NCBI GenBank assembly: GCA_050015395.1
Contig: JBEKBM010000001.1
Coordinates: forward strand, 1-64,000
Reading direction: 5' to 3'
Source of the DNA: Candidatus Bathyarchaeia archaeon
Lineage (GTDB): Archaea; Thermoproteota; Bathyarchaeia; Bathyarchaeales; Bathycorpusculaceae
Length of the DNA stretch: 64,000 nt
Shown: in pieces, positions 1 through 9,760 of the stretch
How the letters are laid out: every line of letters starts with the position of its first letter
Numbering within the stretch: position 1 is the stretch's first letter
Translations under genes and position numbers: made by a program
Notes under the pieces: model-generated
What the model was told of the DNA's origin: nothing
Seen by the model: only the letters and a program-made list of their open reading frames with translations
The model's database searches: none

Positions 1-126
1 TTCCTCAATGGCTCAACGGGCAAATAGGCGATTACAGAGACTGGTTTAACCATTCACGCTTTCACAGAGGCGTAAAAGCATACCCAGCAGACCTCTTGAG
101 TGTAACGTTGGAAAGTTGACATGACA
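1..126 (+). mobile_element. 3' end of a DDE/integrase-core transposase (IS481-like) and probable right end
   Basis: Reading from base 3 gives PQWLNGQIGDYRDWFNHSRFHRGVKAYPADL, the YxxW(F/Y)NxxRxH..P motif of rve integrase-core C-termini. The segment ends in ...GTTGACATGACA, matching IS481-type TGT...ACA ends. Truncated by the window edge. Confidence 0.5.
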
Positions 127-186
127 GCTTGAAAAGCTTTATAGCCAGACCGTAATAATTAAATGGAGTGGAGCAAGTATTGAGGC

Positions 187-906
187 TTGGTAACAATTAG
201 TCGCAGTAAAGTCTCAGCTGGAATTGCCGTAATTGTTATTCTCGTTATTGTGTTTATTTTTTCTTGTACTTGCCCTAATTTGCAAGCGCAAACAGACGTA
301 TTCTTTAGTCCTGCAGATAAATTTAGCATTCCAGCATATAATGGCACTATCAGTTTTGCCGTAAATGGCGCCTATTCCGAGGCAATATTTGAAAATGGCA
401 GTTGGACTTTTATGAACTTGCGCCTTAATGGATCGCTGCCGATTGAGAATCTTGAATTTTCAGCCCAAAACTGTAACGTTACGATTTTCTCTTACCAATC
501 ATTATTTAACACAACAGCTTTTAACATCCTACTGTTAAGCTATGTTGTTGAAGGGCAGGGTAAGCAGATTTTAAACCTTGGTCTTGGCTCTCAAGAAGGA
601 GGATTGAGCACAAGTGCTGAATGGAATGTTATTTTTGGCAATCGTGCTCTCACAGATGAAGGCGATGGGTGGAACCTTTTGCCTGATGGAACGTTGATTG
701 TAACCGGTGCATCTGAGAATGAGAATGTAACTATCTTGCACTATGTTTTTTCGGATTCTTTTGAAAACAATTCAAACCTGCCCTTCTATCAACAGCATTC
801 GGTAGCCATTATAGCAGCAATTGCAGTTGCTGTAACAGTTGCTATCGCTGTCGTAATTAAAGTGAGAACCAGAGAGCATTCAGGTGAGTTGATGAAAAGT
901 ACTTAG
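187..906 (+). CDS. Secreted/membrane-anchored hypothetical protein
   Basis: N-terminal hydrophobic helix, N/S/T-rich body with several NxS/T sequons, C-terminal TM helix followed by basic residues. Confidence 0.7.
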   Translation: MVTISRSKVSAGIAVIVILVIVFIFSCTCPNLQAQTDVFFSPADKFSIPAYNGTISFAVNGAYSEAIFENGSWTFMNLRLNGSLPIENLEFSAQNCNVTIFSYQSLFNTTAFNILLLSYVVEGQGKQILNLGLGSQEGGLSTSAEWNVIFGNRALTDEGDGWNLLPDGTLIVTGASENENVTILHYVFSDSFENNSNLPFYQQHSVAIIAAIAVAVTVAIAVVIKVRTREHSGELMKST

Positions 907-957
907 GCTAATTAGCAAAGGCTCAGACATTAAGCAAATAATAGGAAGAACGCAAAG

Positions 958-2175
958 ATGTCGTATGAAAATCCCAGTAACATTATATTACCTGTATACG
1001 CCTTAATAATAGTGGTTGGAATCTACCTTATCTTTAGGCTGGCTAAAGATAAAACCAGTAAAGTCAGCTCATTGAGACTTTTCGTTCAAATATCCGCCGT
1101 CTTTGCTGTTTTTATGGGGCTTATATTAGGTCCTTTCGATATACCACTATTTCAGCCCTTGGGGCCTTCGCCGCGCAGCCTGTTAGTTGGGGGTAATCTT
1201 TTGGGGAACCAGTTTCCAGATGGTTTCTCTGTTCCTGTTTTAGCATGTTACTACCCTAATGGGCGAACAGTTACCTGTCCACTTTGGCAACTTCAAGCTT
1301 ACATTTTCCCGTTTTGGAACTATCCAAGAGGTTACGAGGTTTTCTACTCTACCTCCGGTTTGGAAAAGATAGGTATAGTTATAGGCTTGGTAGCTATCGC
1401 GTCTATAGTTTTGGGAAGGTTTTTCTGCGGTTGGCTATGTCCTTTCGGCCTTTACATGGATGTGTTAACACGAATTCGCAAAGCGTCAAGGTTGCGGCAT
1501 TTGCATTTTTCCGAAAAAACAAATACGGCGCTTGCGCAATCACGGTATATCATTATTGCGGTTTTTTTGATTCTTAGCGTTATCTTTGCGTCATACGCCA
1601 TTTTTGGCGCTCAACTGATTCCGGGCACTAGAACGGGAGGGCCTGAGGGAACTGAAGCGGGCAATGTGGGCTTCCTCAACGAGCCTTTTTGTTTGGTTTG
1701 CCCAATGAGGCCTCTTTGCGTGTTAATAGAGTGCGCTTTGGGCTCAATGAAGTGGTCGTACGTTTCTAAAATAACCTATGGACCATTTTGGATATTAGGC
1801 AGTTATGTTACATCGCTAAACTTAACTGTCTTAATTGCAGTCACAATTTTAGCTTTAGCCTATAGGCGATTCTGGTGCAGAATCTGCCCACTAGGCGCGT
1901 TAACCGCATTATTCAGCACTTACACACCTTTCAAACAAATCGCCATGACACGCTTGCAGAAGAACGAACAAAAATGCACCAAGTGCGGAGTCTGCAAACG
2001 CGTTTGCCCAACTCAAACAACACAAGTATACGAGAAGAAAGGAGGAAACGTAACCGAATCCAGATGCATACTTTGCGCGCGATGCGTTGAAACATGCCCC
2101 TATGAAGACGCATTGGAATTAAAGTTTGCAGGAAAAACAATGATGAAATCAAGAAACTGGTTAGAACAACAATAA
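958..2175 (+). CDS. NapH/MauN-family membrane polyferredoxin (4Fe-4S binding protein)
   Basis: GRFFCGWLCPFG and RRFWCRICP motifs, multiple TM helices, two C-terminal CxxCxxCxxxC motifs. Confidence 0.9.
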   Translation: MSYENPSNIILPVYALIIVVGIYLIFRLAKDKTSKVSSLRLFVQISAVFAVFMGLILGPFDIPLFQPLGPSPRSLLVGGNLLGNQFPDGFSVPVLACYYPNGRTVTCPLWQLQAYIFPFWNYPRGYEVFYSTSGLEKIGIVIGLVAIASIVLGRFFCGWLCPFGLYMDVLTRIRKASRLRHLHFSEKTNTALAQSRYIIIAVFLILSVIFASYAIFGAQLIPGTRTGGPEGTEAGNVGFLNEPFCLVCPMRPLCVLIECALGSMKWSYVSKITYGPFWILGSYVTSLNLTVLIAVTILALAYRRFWCRICPLGALTALFSTYTPFKQIAMTRLQKNEQKCTKCGVCKRVCPTQTTQVYEKKGGNVTESRCILCARCVETCPYEDALELKFAGKTMMKSRNWLEQQ

Positions 2176-2233
2176 AACTAGATTGGCCAAAGGACATACT
2201 GCATGTTGCTGCTGAGGCGCTATTTAAAAAAAT

Positions 2234-2521
2234 TTAGTGCGTATTCCATGTGCACTTTATCGCTTTAGACTCGCAAGCTAATATGCAGGGCGCATTATTG
2301 CTTTCAGGCTTGCAAGAAGAGCAAGTGTACTTTATTTTTTTCCGATGCTCCTCCCTAACTGATGCAACAGTCTTATCCTCAAGGTCTATGAGAATGGTCT
2401 CTAGCTGAAGCGTTGATTGGGGACAATGCTTAACGCATTTGCCACAGCCATTGCATTTGTATGTGTCGATAGTTATGTAGTACTCGCCTGACCCATCGCT
2501 GTACCCATAATGCGTAATAAT
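2234..2521 (-). CDS. BzdM-like ferredoxin (absent from ORF track; apparent ATT start)
   Basis: Manual translation IITHYGYSDGSGEYYITIDTYKCNGCGKCVKHCPQ...CSSCKP...PCILACESKAIKCTWNTH*. GAGGAGG RBS at 2532-2538, in-frame stop at 2528-2530, directly downstream of the bzdQ-like gene. Confidence 0.85.
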   Translation of the reverse strand: MITHYGYSDGSGEYYITIDTYKCNGCGKCVKHCPQSTLQLETILIDLEDKTVASVREEHRKKIKYTCSSCKPESNNAPCILACESKAIKCTWNTH

Positions 2522-2540
2522 AAGCTTTTAGCCTCCTCGT

Positions 2541-3452
2541 CTAAGTTTTTTGAGACTTCTCATATAATGCTTTAGCAAAAAGCGCTGCGCCCAATGCACC
2601 CGCCACCATTGGGTCTAAACCGTTTTCTCGCCAATTAGGCATTGGCAAACATTTGACGTCAAGAACATCTTCTATTCTGGTGACGATTCCGATGTTTTTC
2701 GATTGCCCGCCTGTAATTACCAGTTCTTTTTCCAAGCCTATTCTGTTAATTAAGTTGGCCATGCGAACTGCCATAGCTCGCGTGTAAGCAGCCAAAACCT
2801 TTTCTTTAGACCAGCCCTTACGCAAGAGCCCAATGGCTTCAGTTTTTGCAAAAGCCACACATGTGCAGCTTACTGGCGGCGGCTCCTCATCCACTTTTAA
2901 TGAGATTTCACCTATCTCTTCAATGGGAATCTTTAGTAAATCAGCGAAAACTTCCATGCCTCTGCCGGTTCCAGCCGCACATTTATCATTCATCAAAAAA
3001 GAAACCACTCTTCCCGTTTCGTCACTGCGGATAGCCTTTATATCTTGTCCTCCAACATCCAGCACGGTTCGGACGCTTGGTCCCCAAATGTAATTTGCGC
3101 CTTTAGCGTGACAAGCAATTTCCGTTATGGCTTTGTTTGCCATGGGAACGTTAACTCTTCCATAACCCGTGCCAACAATGTATTTGAAGTCACTTACTTG
3201 AAGCCCAGTTCCCTCAAGAGCCCAATCTAAAGCTTTCTTGGCGCTCTCAGGACTGTTAGAGCCGGTTCTTGTTATCCCCCAAGAATAAGCTTCACCATTA
3301 ATCATTATAGCTGCTTTTGAACTGACTGATCCAACGTCGACTCCTGCGGTGATTATGTCCTTGTTTGTCCATTTCTTGCCCGGCATTACACGATAGTACT
3401 CGCGCCAACGCCAGAACTCAACGTCGTCTTTAATTGTGCTTAATTCTTTCAT
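2541..3452 (-). CDS. BzdQ/BcrA-type ATP-dependent activase (BcrAD/BadFG family)
   Basis: N-terminal EFWRWRE, GVDVGSVSSK, GTGYGR, DVGGQD, NDKCAAGTGR, TGG motifs. Confidence 0.9.
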   Translation of the reverse strand: MKELSTIKDDVEFWRWREYYRVMPGKKWTNKDIITAGVDVGSVSSKAAIMINGEAYSWGITRTGSNSPESAKKALDWALEGTGLQVSDFKYIVGTGYGRVNVPMANKAITEIACHAKGANYIWGPSVRTVLDVGGQDIKAIRSDETGRVVSFLMNDKCAAGTGRGMEVFADLLKIPIEEIGEISLKVDEEPPPVSCTCVAFAKTEAIGLLRKGWSKEKVLAAYTRAMAVRMANLINRIGLEKELVITGGQSKNIGIVTRIEDVLDVKCLPMPNWRENGLDPMVAGALGAALFAKALYEKSQKT

Positions 3453-4234
3453 TTTTGGTCGTCCTTGCCTCGGCTTGTAGCTATTAGAGCTGCGCCTAAG
3501 GCGCCTGCAAAATCGGGATAGTCAGGTATCAATACGTTAACACTTAACTTTCGATTTAGTGATGCAACAAAACCAACGTCTTTAGCTACGCCGCCCATGA
3601 GAACTACATCAGGGTTTACACCTAACCTGTTAACCATCGATGAAATCCGGTCAGCAATAGCGTCAAAAACTGCCCTTGCAATTTCAGGCTCAGACTCCTG
3701 CCGATGGATAAGCGAAACAACATCGGATTCACCGAAAATCACGCACGTAGCGTTTATAGGACTTGCCCTTTCAGCCTTAAGAGACAGCGGACCCATCTCC
3801 TCCAATTTAACCTCTAACGCTCTTGCCATAGCCTCAATAAATGCTCCCGCACCGGCAGCGCATCGTTCGTTAACGATAAAATCAACCATAACGCCTTTCT
3901 CGTCGCATTTGACGGCTCTTGCTTCTTCGGCGCCAACATCAATTATCGTTCTAGCTTTCGGAAAAAGGTAGACTCCTGCTTTAGCATCAGCGCCCATCAT
4001 GCTTACGGTGCTGTTGGCGTAAGGCGCCATTTCCATAGCTGAACCAGTAGCGACAAAATAAGCTACATCAGATATTTTCAGGTTTGCTTGTTTTAGCGCT
4101 TCCTCTATTGCTTGTTCGGCGGCTTTGGTTGGATCGAACCCTGAGAATGCTTTTCCTCTTGATAAAACAGCATTGTCCTTTAGGATTACCGCTTTTACTC
4201 TCTGGGTGCCTAAATCCATTCCGACGGTAATCAT
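3449..4234 (-). CDS. BzdP/BcrD-type activase subunit
   Basis: GMDLGT, IDVGAEE, NERCAAGAG, ATCVIFGES; overlaps the next gene by 4 bp. Confidence 0.9.
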   Translation of the reverse strand: MITVGMDLGTQRVKAVILKDNAVLSRGKAFSGFDPTKAAEQAIEEALKQANLKISDVAYFVATGSAMEMAPYANSTVSMMGADAKAGVYLFPKARTIIDVGAEEARAVKCDEKGVMVDFIVNERCAAGAGAFIEAMARALEVKLEEMGPLSLKAERASPINATCVIFGESDVVSLIHRQESEPEIARAVFDAIADRISSMVNRLGVNPDVVLMGGVAKDVGFVASLNRKLSVNVLIPDYPDFAGALGAALIATSRGKDDQK

Positions 4235-4244
4235 GAAGTCACCT

Positions 4245-5576
4245 TTAGAAATTCACTCTTGCCGTTAACATTTCAAGGAACGCTTCAACACGCGTCTTCA
4301 TTTGCCCAACGTCTTCCCTAGTATACTCAGTGTCAAGATAATACACGGGGATATTTATTTTGTCAAGAGCTTTCTTAATTCTGGTGTACTCCATTGCGTA
4401 GAGCATGCAGCCGCGCACCACATAGTAAATAACGCCTTGAACATTCCATTCCTTAACCTTATTTATCAACCAGTTAATCCTATCTTCATTTCCGTCGCTA
4501 GACGTGAAGCAGGGGCAAGTGGAAGCCATTAGGTACCGTTCTCCAATAGCGCTAAGCATATCATCCATATTCCATTCATCTACGCCAACTGGGTCGATGA
4601 GGATTTTTTCGCCTGAACAAAGCTCATCTGCAACGATAACGCCTCTAGGATTAGCTTCCTCAACCAAAGTTGGCAGCTTCCAGTTATCAGGCCAAAACAT
4701 TGGTGTACCCGTTACTAGTACCCGCGGAGTATCAGGAGAACAAACCCAATCTTTCCTCTGCACTCTCTTTTCCAGCTCATCACACAATGCTTCCGTTTTC
4801 TCCGTCCAACGCACTTTATCATCCCACAAGTACGCTTGATTAACCAGCATAGCGTCTCTACCCATAATTACTGGTTGACCTTTACGCAAATCCTGTAGGC
4901 GGCGAAAAGTTTTCGTTGCCTTCTGCGTCTGCTCAATAGCCACCTTCAAGCTTTTCCTAGTAATTTTGTTGCCCGTAAATTCCTCAATTTGCGCTTTCAT
5001 AAGTTTTATTTCATCCTTCCAAAAACGAAGTGAATTAGCAGAATCTTTAACCCTTGGAATATTCATTTCCCAAACAGTCTTGTAATCACTTAAAATTTCG
5101 CTCAGTTTAGTCATTCCGTCACATGTTAAAACACTAATCAAAGCATCGCTCAACTCAAGAAAAGGCGAAAGCTCAATCATTTTCGCGCCTATAGTTGAAC
5201 GAATAACAGGACAAACCTCCACCGGCACAACTCTGTCGCCAACTTTAGAAGCATCATACCAACCTGAATTTACCCTGACTGGAATGGCGTCAGCTGCTAA
5301 AATTAACTCTATCGGAGCAAACAAGCACATGTAACCAATAACTTTCTTACCCGTCTCCTTCTCAGCCAGAATCTCGGTTGGACGTTTGCCAAACAAGTTT
5401 GCGATTTCATCAAAATACTTCATGGCTTCAGGTCTGTTAGGGTCAGTTTTTTTCATGTGCTCAATATTCTCAGCCATTACCTTCTGAGACACCGTTTTGA
5501 TAGAGTTTCTAAGTTCTTCTATTTCTTTTGTGGGAATTTCAGGCATATACTTTTTTTCAATTTTTTCGCTTTTCAT
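4245..5576 (-). CDS. 2-hydroxyacyl-CoA dehydratase family / double-cubane cluster protein
   Basis: GYMCLFAPIELI, VCPVIRS, TCDG, DELCSG, TCPCF, RGC, QMKTRVEAFLEM. The Cys pattern fits the DCCP subfamily. Confidence 0.85.
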   Translation of the reverse strand: MKSEKIEKKYMPEIPTKEIEELRNSIKTVSQKVMAENIEHMKKTDPNRPEAMKYFDEIANLFGKRPTEILAEKETGKKVIGYMCLFAPIELILAADAIPVRVNSGWYDASKVGDRVVPVEVCPVIRSTIGAKMIELSPFLELSDALISVLTCDGMTKLSEILSDYKTVWEMNIPRVKDSANSLRFWKDEIKLMKAQIEEFTGNKITRKSLKVAIEQTQKATKTFRRLQDLRKGQPVIMGRDAMLVNQAYLWDDKVRWTEKTEALCDELEKRVQRKDWVCSPDTPRVLVTGTPMFWPDNWKLPTLVEEANPRGVIVADELCSGEKILIDPVGVDEWNMDDMLSAIGERYLMASTCPCFTSSDGNEDRINWLINKVKEWNVQGVIYYVVRGCMLYAMEYTRIKKALDKINIPVYYLDTEYTREDVGQMKTRVEAFLEMLTARVNF

Positions 5577-5584
5577 TCTTTTCT

Positions 5585-6565
5585 TCACTCACTTGTTGAT
5601 TGTTCTAACCAGTTTCTCGATTTGAATACTGTTTTATTCCCAAGCTTCACTTTCAAGGCATCTTCGTAGGGGCACATTTCAGCGCATCGCAAGCATAACA
5701 TGCACATTGAAGTATTTATTTTTCCTCCCTTCTGCTCATACACATCGGTAACTTGCGATTGACAAACCCTCTTGCAAACGCCGCACTTTGTACATTTTTC
5801 CTCATCTTTTTCAATATGAAGCAGAGGCGCCCACTTGAAACCCTTAAACCTATTCACAACCGCTAATGAGGCGCCGGTTGGGCAGAAGCGACACCAAACT
5901 CGTCTTATAAAGAATGAACCTGCCAGCGTCAAACCGACAAAAGTAATGGCGATTATTTGACCGATATTTTGGCTAGCATAATTGATGATGTCTTGAGCAT
6001 AGGGGTAACTAAGGTTAATCTGATTAACAACTAATGGGCCCTTCCATGGAACAACTAGTGGAATCATGGGATCAAGCAGAACACTGTATATTCGGAAGGG
6101 ACCAGCCAGTAGTTGCACCATAACAACGGCAAAGTTAAAATTTGGAGGCGGTTGAATCCGCCATAAGATAGCAGGCAAAAACAAGAAAAACAACAGTAAT
6201 ACGTATCTTGATTGATGCAGGCTCTTGTTAAGTTTTTCAGGAATATTTCGGTAGCGAATGCTGAACGCTTTTCTTAGTGGAATCAATAGATCCATGACTA
6301 AGCCGAATGGGCAAAGCCACCCACAATATAGCCGACCTAAAACAATAGTCATTGTAAAAACAACAATCAACACATAGAGAAGCGGAATAGAATAAGTGAA
6401 CACATAAAATATGGCTGCAAAAGCGACCGCCTGAATGACTAGCCTAATGTAAGTTATTCTTACCGATAAGTTCTTTTTCCATATCAAAATGGCAAGTATC
6501 CCTGCTACCCCAAGTCCTGCAAGCACTGCAATTCTCAGTACGTCACCTATGATTTCCCAAATCAT
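5585..6565 (-). CDS. Second NapH/MauN-family membrane polyferredoxin
   Basis: GRLYCGWLCPFG, RRVWCRFCP, 2x CxxCxxCxxxC. C-terminus closely similar to 958..2175 (CPYEDAL...KSRNWLEQ). Confidence 0.9.
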   Translation of the reverse strand: MIWEIIGDVLRIAVLAGLGVAGILAILIWKKNLSVRITYIRLVIQAVAFAAIFYVFTYSIPLLYVLIVVFTMTIVLGRLYCGWLCPFGLVMDLLIPLRKAFSIRYRNIPEKLNKSLHQSRYVLLLFFLFLPAILWRIQPPPNFNFAVVMVQLLAGPFRIYSVLLDPMIPLVVPWKGPLVVNQINLSYPYAQDIINYASQNIGQIIAITFVGLTLAGSFFIRRVWCRFCPTGASLAVVNRFKGFKWAPLLHIEKDEEKCTKCGVCKRVCQSQVTDVYEQKGGKINTSMCMLCLRCAEMCPYEDALKVKLGNKTVFKSRNWLEQSTSE

Positions 6566-6813
6566 TTCTTTCTCGCCATTTAATTATTACATTTGAATTT
6601 GATTTCAATGTGCTAATCCAAGCACTATTAGGATTCCGCACCTGACGTTGCTATGAGAAGCACTTACACAATGCGTTTCAGAGGCTTCAGATATAAACGA
6701 CATGCGGAGGTCTCAACGAATTTTTAATACTCAAAATATGAAAAGAACCTTTTAAATCTTCCATGTCTTTGCAGCCTCATCGTTTCTTTTGCGTTTTGGC
6801 AAGAAAACTTGGG

Positions 6814-9072
6814 TCATGAAGGAGGAGGTATTACCCGTGTATTGTACTGTTTCAGATATGCCAAGTGCGCTGCATTATAGGGGTAGCTTTCAGCTGTCGT
6901 GTACGGGAACCCGCTCATGCCCATGAAAGGCAACGGGTTAACGGTAAAGCTGAATCCATAGCCCCAGCCTCCAGGCGGATCTTTAAACCAGCAAGCTACG
7001 AAGAAAAAGTAGTCTCTCACCATGCCCTTGGCAGGTGCCGTGAGATTGCTGACTGGAAAGTCCAGAGTAACTTGGTCGCCTTGTCGTCCGATTACATACA
7101 TGTTGTCTGCATTTTGAAGTAGCGCTGTTACATCACCATATCTTGTGAAGTTTCCGGAAGACGTCGAGTTGGTATCCCACACTTGGCTTAGAGTTGCGAT
7201 GGGGCTGATTTTTTGAACTGTTATGTTCTGTTGAGTAGTAAGGTCAACTCCAATGTAGTCGTAGGTTACATTCCACCAATTGACAATTCTAATCTGGTAA
7301 TCGCTTAAGCCTGCGGGAAATAATCCTGTTAAGTCCACCACGAAAGTTCTAGGGTTAGAATCTGAAGGGATTGGCATCTGCCTGTCCTGTGGAACAGGAA
7401 TCCACGTACCGTTTGGATATTTAACTTCCATGTATGAGGGCGGAGTAATTTGCGTGCCATTTGGTACAAGTCCTTGGGCAGCTGCCGCTTTAAAGCTGTT
7501 TACCCAATTGTCATAAGCGCCAGGTGATCCCCAATCAACTATTCCGTTGATTACAAGTTTGATTTGTTTTGCAGAGGATAAGTTACCTAAGTCTAGCGTT
7601 AACTGGTTTAAGTAGATATTGTCCCATGACGGACTAAGAACCCCATTGTTGCCAGGCGTGAAGACACCGTCAAGCTTTGAAATTTGAGGTAATACATTTT
7701 CCCCTTTCGCGTTAGTGCCACTTGGTCCCCAAACATAAGTTGCACTGACTGGTGATGTTACGCTATTTTGGTTAACTGTGTAGATTTGATCGTTTAAGCC
7801 TTGGTTTAGATAATTAGTTACACTTGAGTAAACGTCGGTACCTACTGGGTGGTCAACAACTAGCAGGTACGCTACATCTAAGTAGAAGATTTCATCTGCT
7901 TGTTGGAAAAGAGTCATGCCATAGTAATTGTTGCCATCAATGTTTTTTACTGCTAGCAGATTTTTGTCAAGCTTTACGTTGTCCCACGGGTTTCCTCCGA
8001 TATACACGATGTTGCCGTTACTAGTCATGTAGCCCATGTATCCTAACCAGCCAGCGTTTGAAACGTCAGTAACATAAGAGTAGCCTGTTCCATTCCATGT
8101 GTACAGCGACGGACAAGATGCATATCCACTGATTACGGTATAGGTTGCAACGAGAACTAGGAAATTGTTTAACGTGAAAGTTCTCGATGCACTGGTTACG
8201 CCATCGCTCCAAGATGAAAATGCTAGTACGCCAGTTTCAACGCTGAAAGGATTTGGTACGGATACGGAATATTGTCCATCTGGCATAAGTTCACTGAAAG
8301 GCATATAATAGGTGACTCCGTTTAGGGTAAAGGGTAATGCCGTGGAGCCACCGCCAGACCTGGTAATTATGAGTGTGTGGTAACCAGTCTGTACGATTGA
8401 GAATTCCCCGCCTAAAGTGTTCAGTTTGAGGGCGTGCATTCCTATTGTTGTTGCATTAACCGTGAATTCCACAGTTTCGGTTGTACTTGCGTTCAATTGA
8501 ATAAGTCTGCCTTGTACCAAGGCACCATCAACTGTTACCATAACATAAAGGCTACTCGACTGTGTGGTTGGGTTTTCTGCAGTGGCGGTCACGTTAACCG
8601 GTTGATTTGGCCAAGCTTCATATGGATTAAAAAGCAGGTTGGATAAAATTATTTTGCTTGATCCTGGAGGAGCAGGGTTAATTACGAACATTCCTGTCAA
8701 ATCGCCGACTTTGACAGTATAATTGTCCGGTGTAGTTTCGATGTCGGTGAACTGGACAAGTTGAGACGCACCGCCTTCAAGCGTTACGTTTTCTGTGTCT
8801 TTTGTTGCATTGTTGATTTCAAGATTTAGGGTTTGGTTGCCTTCTAAAGCGCCGACGTTTGTTACGTTAACTGAAATTTCTACGGCATCGGTCACGTTTG
8901 CTTCAGGTGGATTGATGGTAAGGTTTGTTAGGATAAACTTAGCGGGCTTAGGCGCCGTTGCTATCACGCCTTGATTTTGAAGATAAAGGTAGGCTCCTGC
9001 AGCTGAACCGATAATGATAAGGTCAATAATCAGTATCGCTTTCAATTTAACTTTGGCTGAAGTAGATAGCAT
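6814..9072 (-). CDS. Large membrane-anchored surface protein with CARDB/Ig-like repeats and an SCP-motif C-terminal domain
   Basis: N-terminal TM, two Ig-like repeats (NLTINP...VNVTNVG; NLLFNP...ATAENP), SCPSLYTWNG and PLPFMGMSGFPY...YNTR motifs, many NxS/T sequons. Confidence 0.75.
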   Translation of the reverse strand: MLSTSAKVKLKAILIIDLIIIGSAAGAYLYLQNQGVIATAPKPAKFILTNLTINPPEANVTDAVEISVNVTNVGALEGNQTLNLEINNATKDTENVTLEGGASQLVQFTDIETTPDNYTVKVGDLTGMFVINPAPPGSSKIILSNLLFNPYEAWPNQPVNVTATAENPTTQSSSLYVMVTVDGALVQGRLIQLNASTTETVEFTVNATTIGMHALKLNTLGGEFSIVQTGYHTLIITRSGGGSTALPFTLNGVTYYMPFSELMPDGQYSVSVPNPFSVETGVLAFSSWSDGVTSASRTFTLNNFLVLVATYTVISGYASCPSLYTWNGTGYSYVTDVSNAGWLGYMGYMTSNGNIVYIGGNPWDNVKLDKNLLAVKNIDGNNYYGMTLFQQADEIFYLDVAYLLVVDHPVGTDVYSSVTNYLNQGLNDQIYTVNQNSVTSPVSATYVWGPSGTNAKGENVLPQISKLDGVFTPGNNGVLSPSWDNIYLNQLTLDLGNLSSAKQIKLVINGIVDWGSPGAYDNWVNSFKAAAAQGLVPNGTQITPPSYMEVKYPNGTWIPVPQDRQMPIPSDSNPRTFVVDLTGLFPAGLSDYQIRIVNWWNVTYDYIGVDLTTQQNITVQKISPIATLSQVWDTNSTSSGNFTRYGDVTALLQNADNMYVIGRQGDQVTLDFPVSNLTAPAKGMVRDYFFFVACWFKDPPGGWGYGFSFTVNPLPFMGMSGFPYTTAESYPYNAAHLAYLKQYNTRVIPPPS

Positions 9073-9236
9073 TCACACAGCCCTCTACACATTTATTCAA
9101 GTCAGCAGATAATGCTAACCACCATTAAAGTGTTTTTGTTTCTGAAAAATCTGTTCTATCCTGATTTGCTTTTTGCTGTTGTTTTGATATTGCAATCACA
9201 TGGTTAAGCGATTTTTAGAATTTTATGAGCATTCTT

Positions 9237-9683
9237 TTATGGACATTCTGGTTCAATGTGAACTGTGACAACCGCGTTTGCAAAGCGCTCTTTTGTTTCT
9301 TTCTCAACCTGTGAGGCAATCCTGTGAGCTTCTTTTATATGAATTTGCTTGGTGAAGCAGCAGTCGATGTTAATGTAACGTTTACCCTCAGCAGCGTAAG
9401 TATCTATTCGTTTTATGCGCAGGTTACCACCGATGCCATTGGCAACTTCGTAAATGACTTTTCTAAGCTGCGTCTCATTTACCTCGGCGGCAGGAACCGC
9501 CATACCTGAAGGCTCTATATGTACAGTAACGTTTTCAAGCGGCTTAATTTCAGTTTTCTTTATGCGCTCGATATTTTCAGCCATTATCTTTTGAGACGCG
9601 GTTTTAACGGAGTTTCTAAGCTCATCGATTTCTTTTCTGGGAATTTCAGGCATGAACTTTTTTTCGTTTTTTTCGCTTTTCAT
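9237..9683 (-). CDS. Chimeric ORF: DCCP N-terminal copy fused to a cation-efflux (CDF) C-terminal dimerization domain; possibly a pseudogene
   Basis: First ~45 aa match the N-terminus of 4245..5576. The remainder has VTVHIEP twice and EAHRIASQVE, typical of ZT_dimer. Confidence 0.6.
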   Translation of the reverse strand: MKSEKNEKKFMPEIPRKEIDELRNSVKTASQKIMAENIERIKKTEIKPLENVTVHIEPSGMAVPAAEVNETQLRKVIYEVANGIGGNLRIKRIDTYAAEGKRYINIDCCFTKQIHIKEAHRIASQVEKETKERFANAVVTVHIEPECP

Positions 9684-9760
9684 TTTTCCTCACTTACGTT
9701 TTGATGTTCCGATCAGTTTTCTAATTTCGCCGTCGATTTTCAAATCCGTTCTTTTCGTTA

